Assembly (NCBI GenBank): GCA_041658445.1
Contig: JBBAAB010000001.1
Coordinates: 1-45,907 of the forward strand
DNA: 45,907 nucleotides
From: Thermoleophilia bacterium
Lineage (GTDB): Bacteria; Actinomycetota; Thermoleophilia; BMS3ABIN01
Direction: 5' to 3'
The position numbers and the translations under genes are program-made. The notes below the pieces were generated by a model. It was given only the letters and a program-made list of their open reading frames with translations. It searched no databases and was not told the origin of the DNA. Of this stretch, positions 20,780 to 29,866 are shown piece after piece. Every line of letters begins with the position of its first letter. Positions within the stretch are counted from its first letter, which is position 1.

Positions 20780-23346
20780 GCCTCACGCAGCACAATATCA
20801 GCAACCCCGGTCCACCATGCTTGAACCCGGTTCCACGTAGACCGAACAATCCCCGGCGGCTCCACGATAACTACCTTGTTGTCCATCCTTGAAAGGACGC
20901 AGCGCATGGTTACTGGCGTTGTCGCCTCCGCCCACGTTTCCAGTTGGTTGAGAAGGGTATCCGGATTGTGGTCGGGAAGGCCGTTGTACGTCCTGCCGTT
21001 GTGCCGAACATCAAAGGTGATGTTGAACTGGTATTTGACTTGGGTTCTGGCAAACGCCTTCAGCACGCTCGCCACCAGCTTCGGTGGAGTTGTGTGTACA
21101 GAGGTCAGCATCCGGAAGCGGAAGCGGATGCGCTTCTTCTCGCCCACGCTAACCGAAACGTTCTCCTGGGGACTTGCATCCGCGGTCCCCGCGTTCGTCC
21201 AGGACGATGTATCTCCGTCGGAGTCGGTTTGATAGTCCAGCGCAACCGTCGTGTTGGCACTCAGGTTGTCCGCCCGAATGGACATCTCCTTGTAGTACTT
21301 ATTCAACTCTGCATATCCTGCATCCAGCCAGGAGGTGATGACGTGTCCTTCATGGTTGTACTTGAAGCTGGAGTCGTTGATGGGATTCAGCGTGTCAAGG
21401 GGGAAGTCCATGTAGATCAGATCGTCCCCAACGCCCACCCACAGTCTCCCCCTGGAGCCCATGATTGGCTCCCAGTACATGCTCCTGATTTGCTTCCCCG
21501 TCTCCCAGGCCCTGAAGATTTCGTGCCATCCCCGGCCGTTCCAAACGACGACGGATGACGTTCCCGAGGGACCCGCGTCGATGGCGGAGATAAGCCACCC
21601 GACGATGGGGAGGATGCAGACCTGAGAGCCGGTCCTTCCAGAGGGTAAACCCGCGTCATTCCACGTCCCCATGTCGTCTGTGGTGGAGCCGTAGAACCTC
21701 TCCATTGAATGCGACCAAGAGAAGTACAGGAACAGGTTTTGAGACGCAGCGCCAACCCCGTTGTCCCAATCTGGAATTGCCTCTAGCCCAATGCCCAGCT
21801 TCGTAACGAGATTGTTGATGACCCAATACACGTTCTTGTGGGTCATCGCCCACACCTTGCCGTCATATACTAGAAGGTTGGTCGGCTTCTCGTATGGCTC
21901 CAGATAGCCCGCGGCGGTAAAGTCTGAAACCGCCACTGCGGTCAGTTTGACCGCGGCGTTGCTGAGGGCTACCGTATCTCCCGTAGCAATGACGCGCCAC
22001 AGCTTCGACCCGCCAGAGGGGTCGGTCTGGGCGCAAATCTTGTCTGCGTATACGTTGTCTGAGGCGGCCACCCAAGCCGAACTGAAGGCGTTTGCGGCCT
22101 GAGAGACGTTGTTCTGAGAAATCTTCTGCTTGTCCCCCATCGCAAAGTACACCGTAGAGCCGCAGTCTGCGACTCCGGTGATGGGCTTTGCCAGCCCGTG
22201 AGTTCCAATCGAAGTCGTGGTGAGGTGCCAATCCCCCAGAATGACGTACTCGGACGTGTTATCTGGAGTGACGCCCCAGGCGGGGTCTACGGTGACGGAG
22301 GTGGTATCGTTGGCCGTGATGGTCCGGTACTGACCTTTGCCCGTCCCGTTGAAGATGAGAGCCGTAGAGCCAATGTATCTACTTGCCGTCCACGACTTTG
22401 TAGCGTCCACAATGGTCGTGGAGGCTGACGCATCTGCCACTCCTCTATCGCCAATGCAGTAGAGGGTCGGGGCCGCGTCGCCGGCTGGGTTAAGATAGGC
22501 ATACGACGCCTCCTTGTGCCGGTAGAACCCCCAGGTTGACTGTGTGTCAGCGGGGCCGTAGACGAAGTAGAGCTTGTGAGTTCCGTTCGTCCACGATGTC
22601 CCATCGGCGGACAGTTTGTAGGCGGCATTGGCAGAGACCGTCAGGCCGCCAACTTCCCAGTGGTTCGTGATGTCGTCTGTAGCGGCGCCGTAAATGACGA
22701 CCCAGTACAGGGTTGCCCCGGTAACAGAAGCCGCCACCGCAAACTTGTACCACAGAGAGGCAATATCCGTTATCGTGCTTGTGGTAACTGTTCCCGAGGC
22801 AATAGCGGCATTCGGGGTTCCGGGTGTTCCTGCGTCGCTATACAGGGCCGCCGTCAGGGTACCCGGAGAGCCGACCTTCTTGATCCAGAAGCCCATCTTG
22901 GCTCCTGTGTAGGTGTCTCCAGAAGTGCTCTTGTAGTAGGACTGGAACCTGTTCGTCCCATACAGCGCAAGCCAGTTCATGTTTGCGCCGTTCCACAGGC
23001 TCATGTCACATAGCTTGTTTCCCGACGCAAACGACCACTGGGGACCCGGAACGGCCATTCCCTCGCGCGTGGTCCACGCGCAGTACGAGTCGTAGAACCT
23101 TGTACTATCGCTGAACTCCAACTGTCCTCTACCGCCACTCCAGTCCAGTTGTGCGATGTGGCTGTAGGGCAGGTCGAAGTCGGAGTATTTCCCCCCTCCC
23201 TCGGTAACTTTGAGGGACGAGGGCGTGAACGGAATCTCTCTGATGCCCGCCGCGCCGTTGATGGGGCGCAAACCAATGTCCGTCCCTCCGGCGGATAGTT
23301 TGACCATGTGGGTCTGGTTCTTGCCAGAGACAGTTACAGTGGTCAT
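20776..23346 (-). CDS. Large tail structural protein (nozzle / tubular-B-like, positional)
   Basis: 856 aa; ATGA coupling with the upstream gene; position in the tail module. Confidence 0.5.
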   Translation of the reverse strand: MTTVTVSGKNQTHMVKLSAGGTDIGLRPINGAAGIREIPFTPSSLKVTEGGGKYSDFDLPYSHIAQLDWSGGRGQLEFSDSTRFYDSYCAWTTREGMAVPGPQWSFASGNKLCDMSLWNGANMNWLALYGTNRFQSYYKSTSGDTYTGAKMGFWIKKVGSPGTLTAALYSDAGTPGTPNAAIASGTVTTSTITDIASLWYKFAVAASVTGATLYWVVIYGAATDDITNHWEVGGLTVSANAAYKLSADGTSWTNGTHKLYFVYGPADTQSTWGFYRHKEASYAYLNPAGDAAPTLYCIGDRGVADASASTTIVDATKSWTASRYIGSTALIFNGTGKGQYRTITANDTTSVTVDPAWGVTPDNTSEYVILGDWHLTTTSIGTHGLAKPITGVADCGSTVYFAMGDKQKISQNNVSQAANAFSSAWVAASDNVYADKICAQTDPSGGSKLWRVIATGDTVALSNAAVKLTAVAVSDFTAAGYLEPYEKPTNLLVYDGKVWAMTHKNVYWVINNLVTKLGIGLEAIPDWDNGVGAASQNLFLYFSWSHSMERFYGSTTDDMGTWNDAGLPSGRTGSQVCILPIVGWLISAIDAGPSGTSSVVVWNGRGWHEIFRAWETGKQIRSMYWEPIMGSRGRLWVGVGDDLIYMDFPLDTLNPINDSSFKYNHEGHVITSWLDAGYAELNKYYKEMSIRADNLSANTTVALDYQTDSDGDTSSWTNAGTADASPQENVSVSVGEKKRIRFRFRMLTSVHTTPPKLVASVLKAFARTQVKYQFNITFDVRHNGRTYNGLPDHNPDTLLNQLETWAEATTPVTMRCVLSRMDNKVVIVEPPGIVRSTWNRVQAWWTGVADIVLREA

Positions 23347-24197
23347 CTAATGTCCCCGACGATGAGAAGCCTTGACCTCTGGGGCGGATACCACACGGGA
23401 GAAACAGTCTCCAACTTCCCCAGCATCTGCTCGGACTTGGTTAGCATCTGGACCACCGAGGCATCCGATCCCTGAGACCTTCCATGCTGCCACACAAGCA
23501 TGTGGTAGATGGACTTCCACACAACTAATTCGGGCTGGAAGCCCTCATAGATCACGTCACTGTGCGCGTTGACCGTGGCGTGACGGTCGGCAAACCACAC
23601 TCTGAGATAGTATCCCGTAGACGGTTGCCTCTTGAGGATGATCTTCCCCGCAGTGTTGGCCGAGGCCGGGACGTACTCCCAGTCATGGATGGTCTCCCAG
23701 AGATTGTCGTCCGAGTCGTCGTTGGTCTGAATGTCAACCCTAAACGGGGGCCTGCGCTTCCACGCAACAGAAGCGGAATACTCCGTCTGCCCGGAGGCGG
23801 TTTCCAGGGTAGTCGTATCGACTTGAGGGATGTCCCCAAGGCTCATCAGTGCCCTATTCACGGAGCGGATGATCTGCCTAAGTGGATAGTACGAGGTACA
23901 GACCCCGTAGATGTCTCCGGCCGCGGGGGCGACGGTGAACCCGCCGGTCGCCACAGAGATAAGCCCAGTTGTAGACCCGGTGTAGTCCGTTACGATGGCG
24001 AACTCGCCCTCGGGGGCGCCGCCCAGTCCGGCGGAGTCGCGAGTAATCAGAACCGTCCCGCCGTTCCAGTCATCATCCGACCCGCCGAGAAGCGTATCAA
24101 TAACGGAGGCCGTTGAGCCTCCGGTTGCGACACCCTCGTTGAGCTGCCCCAACTCCGTAAGAGCATCGCGTACAGCGTTACCTAAAGTGAACGCCAT
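23343..24197 (-). CDS. Virion structural protein (adaptor / tubular-A-like, positional)
   Basis: 284 aa, immediately upstream of the 856-aa tail protein. Confidence 0.45.
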   Translation of the reverse strand: MAFTLGNAVRDALTELGQLNEGVATGGSTASVIDTLLGGSDDDWNGGTVLITRDSAGLGGAPEGEFAIVTDYTGSTTGLISVATGGFTVAPAAGDIYGVCTSYYPLRQIIRSVNRALMSLGDIPQVDTTTLETASGQTEYSASVAWKRRPPFRVDIQTNDDSDDNLWETIHDWEYVPASANTAGKIILKRQPSTGYYLRVWFADRHATVNAHSDVIYEGFQPELVVWKSIYHMLVWQHGRSQGSDASVVQMLTKSEQMLGKLETVSPVWYPPQRSRLLIVGDIR

Positions 24198-24200
24198 TGG

Positions 24201-24464
24201 CTACTCCTTGATTTTCTTCGGGCGGCCGCGCTTTTTCTTCGGCGCCTCTTTGGCTTCAGCTTTGGCCTCAGCAGGAACTTCGGGCTCACGCACCGCTTCT
24301 CCATCCTGAACCTCTACGACCTCGAAGCACGGCATTCCGCCGTCACGGTTCATGCGGGTAATGAAGTCCCCGTCAACCCACCGCCTCTCTCCCGGCCTCG
24401 CGTGAGGCCACAGGTTGCTGTGGTATCCGCGGATGCACTTCAACAGTATCTTGGCCACTACCAC
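24201..24464 (-). CDS. Hypothetical protein with a C-terminal AT-hook-like tail (KKKRGRPKKIKE)
   Basis: RGRP core in a Lys-rich tail. Confidence 0.5.
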   Translation of the reverse strand: MVVAKILLKCIRGYHSNLWPHARPGERRWVDGDFITRMNRDGGMPCFEVVEVQDGEAVREPEVPAEAKAEAKEAPKKKRGRPKKIKE

Positions 24465-24673
24465 TCGCTTCCGTCCCCGTCGCGGCCCGTCTTCTTGATG
24501 GACGGCGATTGGAACTTGCCGCCCCAGACGACGGCCATTCCTGCCGCGGGGGCCCTCTCAAGCCTTGTGCCGTCTACCGGGCACTCCAGTTTCAATGTGT
24601 CTCGCCACTCAGCCCTGACGTTAATCTCGTGTGTGTGCCCACATTTCGGGCAGGAGTAGTCGTAGCGAGGCAT
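24458..24673 (-). CDS. FmdB-family zinc-ribbon protein
   Basis: MPRYDYSCPKCGH...CPVDG pattern. Confidence 0.65.
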   Translation of the reverse strand: MPRYDYSCPKCGHTHEINVRAEWRDTLKLECPVDGTRLERAPAAGMAVVWGGKFQSPSIKKTGRDGDGSEW

Positions 24674-24975
24674 TACGGGGCTCCGACGTTACTAAGCCAG
24701 ACGTAGCCAATCGCCCCCGTCCCGGTGATGTCAACGTAGAGGCCGATAGAGGGGAATGAGATTCCTCCCAACTCTGCGAAGTTCACGAAGCACCCCTGGT
24801 TGGCGACGGTGTTCATCTCAAAGATGTTTGTCGCCAGTCCGTCGGCGTCGTCAGTAAATTGCATGGACGACGCGTCCGATCCGGCGAACAGATACGCCGC
24901 GTACAGAATACACGGGTCGTTGCCAACAATGGCATCCGCCGTAATTCGTACAAGACAACCCTGCGGAAGAGACAT
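24673..24975 (-). CDS. Small virion-module protein, paralog of 24984..25274
   Basis: Shared FE(M/C)NT..Q..F(V/I)(N/D)F.ELGG..F.....YVD(I/L)TG.G..(Y/C)VW. Confidence 0.6.
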   Translation of the reverse strand: MSLPQGCLVRITADAIVGNDPCILYAAYLFAGSDASSMQFTDDADGLATNIFEMNTVANQGCFVNFAELGGISFPSIGLYVDITGTGAIGYVWLSNVGAP

Positions 24976-24983
24976 GGAACCTC

Positions 24984-25274
24984 CTATGCGTACCAGACGC
25001 AGGCAACGCCACCCGCGCCGGTCAGGTCAACGTAACAGGCGGTCGAGAAGTAGACGCCGCCCAGTTCTCGGAAGTCGATGAAGTGCGACTGCCCGATGAT
25101 CGTATTGCACTCGAACATGTGCGTTCCCGTTGCGTCAACGGCGTTGTGGAACTCCGCCTTTGTGGCAGCCGCCCCCCCATACAGCAGAATGGCCATGACG
25201 TTGCACGGGCTCGTCCCATTTACCTGCCCGTCGGCTGCAACTCTCTTGAATGCGTACTGGTTTAGGCTTTTCAT
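24984..25274 (-). CDS. Small virion-module protein, paralog of 24673..24975
   Basis: ATGA coupling with the GT2 stop; alignment by eye to the neighbour. Confidence 0.6.
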   Translation of the reverse strand: MKSLNQYAFKRVAADGQVNGTSPCNVMAILLYGGAAATKAEFHNAVDATGTHMFECNTIIGQSHFIDFRELGGVYFSTACYVDLTGAGGVACVWYA

Positions 25275-25972
25275 GCAAGGGCTACTCCCGCGTGCGCGCA
25301 CGCAATATCCCAGTCGATCAGAACCTCGAAGCCCGCCCCAATAACTTTGCGGCAAATCTCAAGGTCCTCTCCCAGATAGAGGCTGTAGGGTCTTTCCCCC
25401 ACCGCCTCCGCAACTTCTCGGCTCATCAGCCAGCACCCCGCCCCCGCACCCCCGACGCTCTCCAGCCCCTTGCCCGGCACCCGTCTAAGTCGATACTGGT
25501 GGATTCCCTTCGCGTCGAGTTCGTGATAGTCGTACACGCACGGGAAATACGGTTCCGCCTTGATCCTGTACCATCCCCCAACCATTGGCTTCTTGTGCGC
25601 CAAGAGTCTGTCCAAGAAGTCGGGAGGAGGAAGAACGTCGCTGTCCAGCATCACCAACCACTCGGAACTTGTCTTTAGGAAGTTCTCGTGGAGGGTGTTC
25701 CTGGCATCAAGAATGTACGTCGCCTGGGTTGTGCATATGTTGTCCCACGGCATCATGGGAAGCCTTAGCATGTTGACAACCCACTTGGAGAAGATCACCT
25801 CGTCCAACGGAAAGGCCCACGTCACGGCCATTCTCCGCAGCTTAACAACCTGCGTGTTGTGGATCGTCTCTCCGGTAACATCCTTGGTGATGTGCTGTGA
25901 GTCTTTAGGGGCCAACTCTGCTAGTTTGTTGGCAAATGCCGCGCTTGATCCGCCGTGTCGTTTCCTCGTCAC
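25271..25972 (-). CDS. Family-2-like glycosyltransferase (start uncertain: GTG 25972 or ATG 25831)
   Basis: LVMLDSDVLPPPDF (DxD) with flanking GT-A-like segments. The GTGA overlap with the upstream stop supports 25972. Confidence 0.6.
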   Translation of the reverse strand: MTRKRHGGSSAAFANKLAELAPKDSQHITKDVTGETIHNTQVVKLRRMAVTWAFPLDEVIFSKWVVNMLRLPMMPWDNICTTQATYILDARNTLHENFLKTSSEWLVMLDSDVLPPPDFLDRLLAHKKPMVGGWYRIKAEPYFPCVYDYHELDAKGIHQYRLRRVPGKGLESVGGAGAGCWLMSREVAEAVGERPYSLYLGEDLEICRKVIGAGFEVLIDWDIACAHAGVALA

Positions 25973-26613
25973 AAAACGCTCTCCAGGGATACCCTCGGAT
26001 ACACCTCTAGACTTCCGCCAGAGGCATTCAGAACCTCTACTCCCAACTTCTCGCAACTCCTCTTGGCGTTCTCGTGCGCCCGTATCAGAGTCCGATTGAA
26101 GCGGTCGTACTCCTCTGGCGTACATATCCTCTGGCAGTAGGCGGGGTCGAAGTGGTTAGTATCCTCTTCTCCTCTGGGGCCGTACAGGTCGCATCCGAGG
26201 AGGACGATCTGCTTTGCCCCAAGTAGAACTGCCTTCTGCATCGCTATGAACAATCCTCCTCCAAACCTACAGTACGTCGGGAGGTGCCACTCTTCCGGAA
26301 TACCCGTCTGTTCGACGTTCATGTGGTCGTGCGCGTCGCACCTTTGGAAATACTCCACGTTGTCCCTGGTTCGGTGCGGCTCAAAGGCGCTTGCGAAGTC
26401 GCTCCTAACCAGGAACTTGCAGTCTTCCGCGAGTATCTCGTCCAGCGGCCACTCGTCTTTCGTGTTGTGGTCCGCCATGATCCAGTACGTTGGCCGCCAG
26501 TTAGTAGTCGGGAACAACAAGTGGATGCGGTTTGTCGCACACGCAATACCAGTCAAGTTGTCAAGGTTCACGTGGGCCAGTGACGGCCCATTGCCAAGAA
26601 CAAAGACGCGCAT
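25969..26613 (-). CDS. GNGPSL Rossmann-type glycosyltransferase (CstII/GT42- or Maf/DUF115-like), paralog D
   Basis: MRVFVLGNGPSL N-terminus, LLGCDLYG, DTNHFD; paralogous to 40129-42151. Confidence 0.6.
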   Translation of the reverse strand: MRVFVLGNGPSLAHVNLDNLTGIACATNRIHLLFPTTNWRPTYWIMADHNTKDEWPLDEILAEDCKFLVRSDFASAFEPHRTRDNVEYFQRCDAHDHMNVEQTGIPEEWHLPTYCRFGGGLFIAMQKAVLLGAKQIVLLGCDLYGPRGEEDTNHFDPAYCQRICTPEEYDRFNRTLIRAHENAKRSCEKLGVEVLNASGGSLEVYPRVSLESVL

Positions 26614-26670
26614 GGATACTCCGGCGGGGGGATGCGGACCACAAAGGCCCGTCCCCCCGCCTCGGCTATT

Positions 26671-27291
26671 CTATTGGTCGATCCACGACAACCGGATGCG
26701 GTACGTGCCCGCTTCCGTTGCCGCGTATCCGGCGTGAGAGAAGAACATCGTTGACCCTGACGCTACCGAAGTAGATGCAAGAGTGAGCGACGTAACAGCC
26801 CCCAGCGCTTTGCTTACTGCCATGTTGACGGAGGCGACGTACTGCCCCCCGTCCGCCGCGGTTCCGAGGGCAAACGTTGCCTCGGCTGCCCCTGATGTGT
26901 CGGTGGCTTCACCGTAGATCAGGTCGGCGCTCAAGAGCGTTGCCGCCCTCGACCAGTACCAACAGTCATAGTCCTTGACCCCGGCCCCGTTGTCGCCATT
27001 GAAGACCTTGCTGTAGTCGGCTTTCACTCCGCCACAGTAGGCCCAGTCGGCAACGGCGTCGTTGTCTTGGACCTTGACCCAGGCACAGTAACTCGTCTGG
27101 TCCGTACTGACCCATATCGAACCCAGCGGCATGTCCGTCCACGGCTTGAGGGTACCCGCCGGGGTACCCTCTCCATAGAGGACCCCTGGGATGGTTTGAG
27201 TCCCGCCTCCAGAAATAGGCGACAGCACCGCCCCTCCCTGGATTTGGGGGCTCGAAGCCAGCAGCAGTTGGGCTTTGGTAGATGTGGCCAT
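26671..27291 (-). CDS. Capsid-proximal structural protein (decoration/fibre candidate), paralog of 27300..27890
   Basis: About 200 aa, Ala/Gly/Thr-rich. Shares VLYG.GTPAGT..PW...GSI.VSTDQT...W.KV....VADWA ... RAATLLS ... EAT.ASGAAEA.F..G.AA.G with its neighbour. Confidence 0.6.
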   Translation of the reverse strand: MATSTKAQLLLASSPQIQGGAVLSPISGGGTQTIPGVLYGEGTPAGTLKPWTDMPLGSIWVSTDQTSYCAWVKVQDNDAVADWAYCGGVKADYSKVFNGDNGAGVKDYDCWYWSRAATLLSADLIYGEATDTSGAAEATFALGTAADGGQYVASVNMAVSKALGAVTSLTLASTSVASGSTMFFSHAGYAATEAGTYRIRLSWIDQ

Positions 27292-27299
27292 GTGCCCTC

Positions 27300-27890
27300 C
27301 TACTGCTCGATATAGGTGATTTGCACCCTATACTGCCCCGCCTCAGTTGCGGCGATACCAGTATGTCGACAGAACAACTTGCCCCCAGCCGCCACAACCC
27401 CCGTTACGAGGGCGAACGTCTGGGTATCCCCGATGGCCTTACTCCCTACGAGCGCCGTGGCCCCCACGTGCTCTGCACCGGCGGCAGCAGACCCGATCTT
27501 GAAATTTGCCTCCGCAGCACCCGAGGCATCCGTGGCCTCGGTATAGACGCCGACGACGCTCAAGAGCGTTGCCGCCCTCGGGAAGTAGAACACATCGTCA
27601 TCTGCCGTCCCCGCGCCGTTGTCGATGTTGTAGACCTTGGTCGCCAAAGTCTGGATGCCACTGAGGAGTGCCCAGTCTGCAACCGCGCTATTGGCCGCAA
27701 CCTTGATCCACGCGGCGACATTGGTCTGATCGGTCGAGACGAAGATGCTTCCCTTTTCCTCCGTTGACCAGGGGGCTATTGTTCCAGCCGGAGTCCCCGC
27801 GCCATAAAGCACGCGGGGCTTCCGAATGGCCATTCCCCCTGCCGGGAGTGCGGGTTTTACGAGGTCCCAACACACTGTACTTGCAGCCAT
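27300..27890 (-). CDS. Capsid-proximal structural protein, paralog of 26671..27291
   Basis: See the paralog entry; lies directly downstream of the major capsid gene. Confidence 0.6.
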   Translation of the reverse strand: MAASTVCWDLVKPALPAGGMAIRKPRVLYGAGTPAGTIAPWSTEEKGSIFVSTDQTNVAAWIKVAANSAVADWALLSGIQTLATKVYNIDNGAGTADDDVFYFPRAATLLSVVGVYTEATDASGAAEANFKIGSAAAGAEHVGATALVGSKAIGDTQTFALVTGVVAAGGKLFCRHTGIAATEAGQYRVQITYIEQ

Positions 27891-27899
27891 GTCAGCCTC

Positions 27900-29039
27900 C
27901 TACGCCGTGGTCAGGAAGGTGTTTACGTTGCTGTGAGCCTTCTCAAAAGCCACGACTAGACCGTACTCTCCGACAACCTCACCATACCCACCGGGGGCCG
28001 AGTCACCAAGCTTGCCGAGTTCCTCATAGAAGAAGTCGTCAATCGTGATGAACCCAACGTACCGACGGTCGATGAGCCACAGGAAGTTCGTCGGGCAGTG
28101 GCGGTCCACAACCACGTCGATTTCCCCGCCAGCAATGGGATTAATCATCTTGTCGATGACAATTCCACCGCGGGTCTCGTCGCGCTCGGTGCGGACGTAG
28201 CCATCGAAGAAGCTGCCGATCTTGCGCTTCGCCCAGGAGTTGCACAGGATCAAGTCCGGTGAACCCCCGGCGTCAAAGCACTGTTGAACCTCGTCCTCGA
28301 TCATCTTCTGCGTCAGAGCCGCCGAAGAGGCCGAAGACGGGTTCGTGGTGACGAAGGCTGCCAGCCCGCCAAGAGAACGCGGGGTCGAGGTCGTGCCAAC
28401 CGCGCGCTGCCCGTGGTAGAGGCTGAGGTTCAGCTTCATGAGCAACTCGTCCATGGCCTTGTCGATCTCGCGCTCCACAACGCCCGAAATCCCGTACTGC
28501 GGGATCAGGGCGTTCGTGCGGGAAACGTTGATCGGCTTCTGAAGGATGGCCGAGTAGTTGTATCCGGTCGTCGGCTCGGTGAAGCCGTTGTTCGTGCCAA
28601 CGGCCGCACCTTCCAGGCGCGAGTTGTACCGGATGTACACGGTGGACGTTGAGGCGTGGGTCGCCTGCGTCCCGCCAAAGTCACGGGTAACGGTCAGCGT
28701 GTTCGTGCTGATGGCCGAAACCCACATGTACTCCGAGTCAATCTGGATCACGTCACCGATATTGAACTTCGTTCCGTCCGTCATCGCGATTGTGGTCGTG
28801 GTCGTAACGGAGGTCAGATTCACATCGGCAGCGGTGTCCGAGCGCAAGAGGTAAGTGTCCTCAAGCCACTCGTAGGACCGACCCGGAGTGTTTACGAACG
28901 AGAACTTGCTTTCATTGTGCAGCCCCAGAGCATTCAGGCCCGCGATACTCATCGGGTCGGCTAGAATGATCCGGTCTGTCACCATCCGCTTCTGCGGAAG
29001 CGTGGCAGAGTATGACTGCTGGATTCCTTGCCCGGCCAT
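27900..29039 (-). CDS. Major capsid protein, HK97 fold (SU10-MCP/DUF5309-like)
   Basis: 379 aa, downstream of the scaffold. YEWLED and TVTRDFGGT-type motifs are recalled from the SU10 capsid family. Confidence 0.8.
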   Translation of the reverse strand: MAGQGIQQSYSATLPQKRMVTDRIILADPMSIAGLNALGLHNESKFSFVNTPGRSYEWLEDTYLLRSDTAADVNLTSVTTTTTIAMTDGTKFNIGDVIQIDSEYMWVSAISTNTLTVTRDFGGTQATHASTSTVYIRYNSRLEGAAVGTNNGFTEPTTGYNYSAILQKPINVSRTNALIPQYGISGVVEREIDKAMDELLMKLNLSLYHGQRAVGTTSTPRSLGGLAAFVTTNPSSASSAALTQKMIEDEVQQCFDAGGSPDLILCNSWAKRKIGSFFDGYVRTERDETRGGIVIDKMINPIAGGEIDVVVDRHCPTNFLWLIDRRYVGFITIDDFFYEELGKLGDSAPGGYGEVVGEYGLVVAFEKAHSNVNTFLTTA

Positions 29040-29055
29040 TATTGTCTCCTAGCCG

Positions 29056-29796
29056 CTAGGCCAGATTGATGCCGTCAACGTCCACACCAAGTTTCTTGTA
29101 CTTCTCTTTGATGGGACGCCCGAAAGCAGCGCCCTTGCCTCGCGCGGCTTGCATTTCTGCTATGTACTTCTTTTCGGCGTCGGGACGGGCGGCTACTCGC
29201 CCGCCCTCCACAACCACCGCTCCGGTCGGCTCGGCCTCCTGTCGGTCCAGCTTACCTCGACGTTGTTCAACGAGGTCGTCCACGTCGTCGTAAAAAGCGT
29301 CCTCGTCAACCCCTTGGGGATTAGAGTGCTTGTTCACGATGGCGAGGTAGTCCGGGTCCTTGAAGGAAACGCCCGCCGATGATAGAAGGCGTCGGACATA
29401 ACGCGTCATTCGTTTCTCCGAGGCTGGCGACCCGCTGCGATCTACCGGCTTTGAAGATTGACCGTCCAGGATTTCATCGACACGCATCTCCCTGATAGCT
29501 TTGTCCTCGTCCCCCTGGTACTTGTCCAGGTAGGTCTTGAACTTCTTCAGGGTGCCGGGGTCAATCCCCTCAAGGGCTTGAAAACGCTTGTCCTTGGTGG
29601 ACTTGATCCCTGCGTCGATTAGGTCCGGCAACCTTTTGAGTTGCTGGTCCAACTGGTCCAGTCGCTTTACGAGTTCTGCGTCCTGGCTGACCTTGGCCGA
29701 ACCCTGCTCCGGTGAGCCGCCAGAAGTACCGGGGAGCAGCAACTCCCCATCCTCCTGCTCGCCCGCCGGAACGGCATCCCGCTCCAGCTCAGTCAT
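29056..29796 (-). CDS. Scaffolding protein
   Basis: Acidic, coiled-coil-like 246-aa protein immediately upstream of the capsid gene. Confidence 0.6.
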   Translation of the reverse strand: MTELERDAVPAGEQEDGELLLPGTSGGSPEQGSAKVSQDAELVKRLDQLDQQLKRLPDLIDAGIKSTKDKRFQALEGIDPGTLKKFKTYLDKYQGDEDKAIREMRVDEILDGQSSKPVDRSGSPASEKRMTRYVRRLLSSAGVSFKDPDYLAIVNKHSNPQGVDEDAFYDDVDDLVEQRRGKLDRQEAEPTGAVVVEGGRVAARPDAEKKYIAEMQAARGKGAAFGRPIKEKYKKLGVDVDGINLA

Positions 29797-29866
29797 GTTC
29801 GTTTGCCTCCTCTGTTATGTATAGTCTGACCTATAGAGTAGCACTAAACCGCGCTACTGTCAAGTC

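Noticed and set aside
24201-24464. AT-hook protein as a nucleoid or DNA-packaging factor
   Set aside because: It rests on a single RGRP motif in a Lys-rich tail. It is noted in the feature list but is too little evidence for a functional claim.
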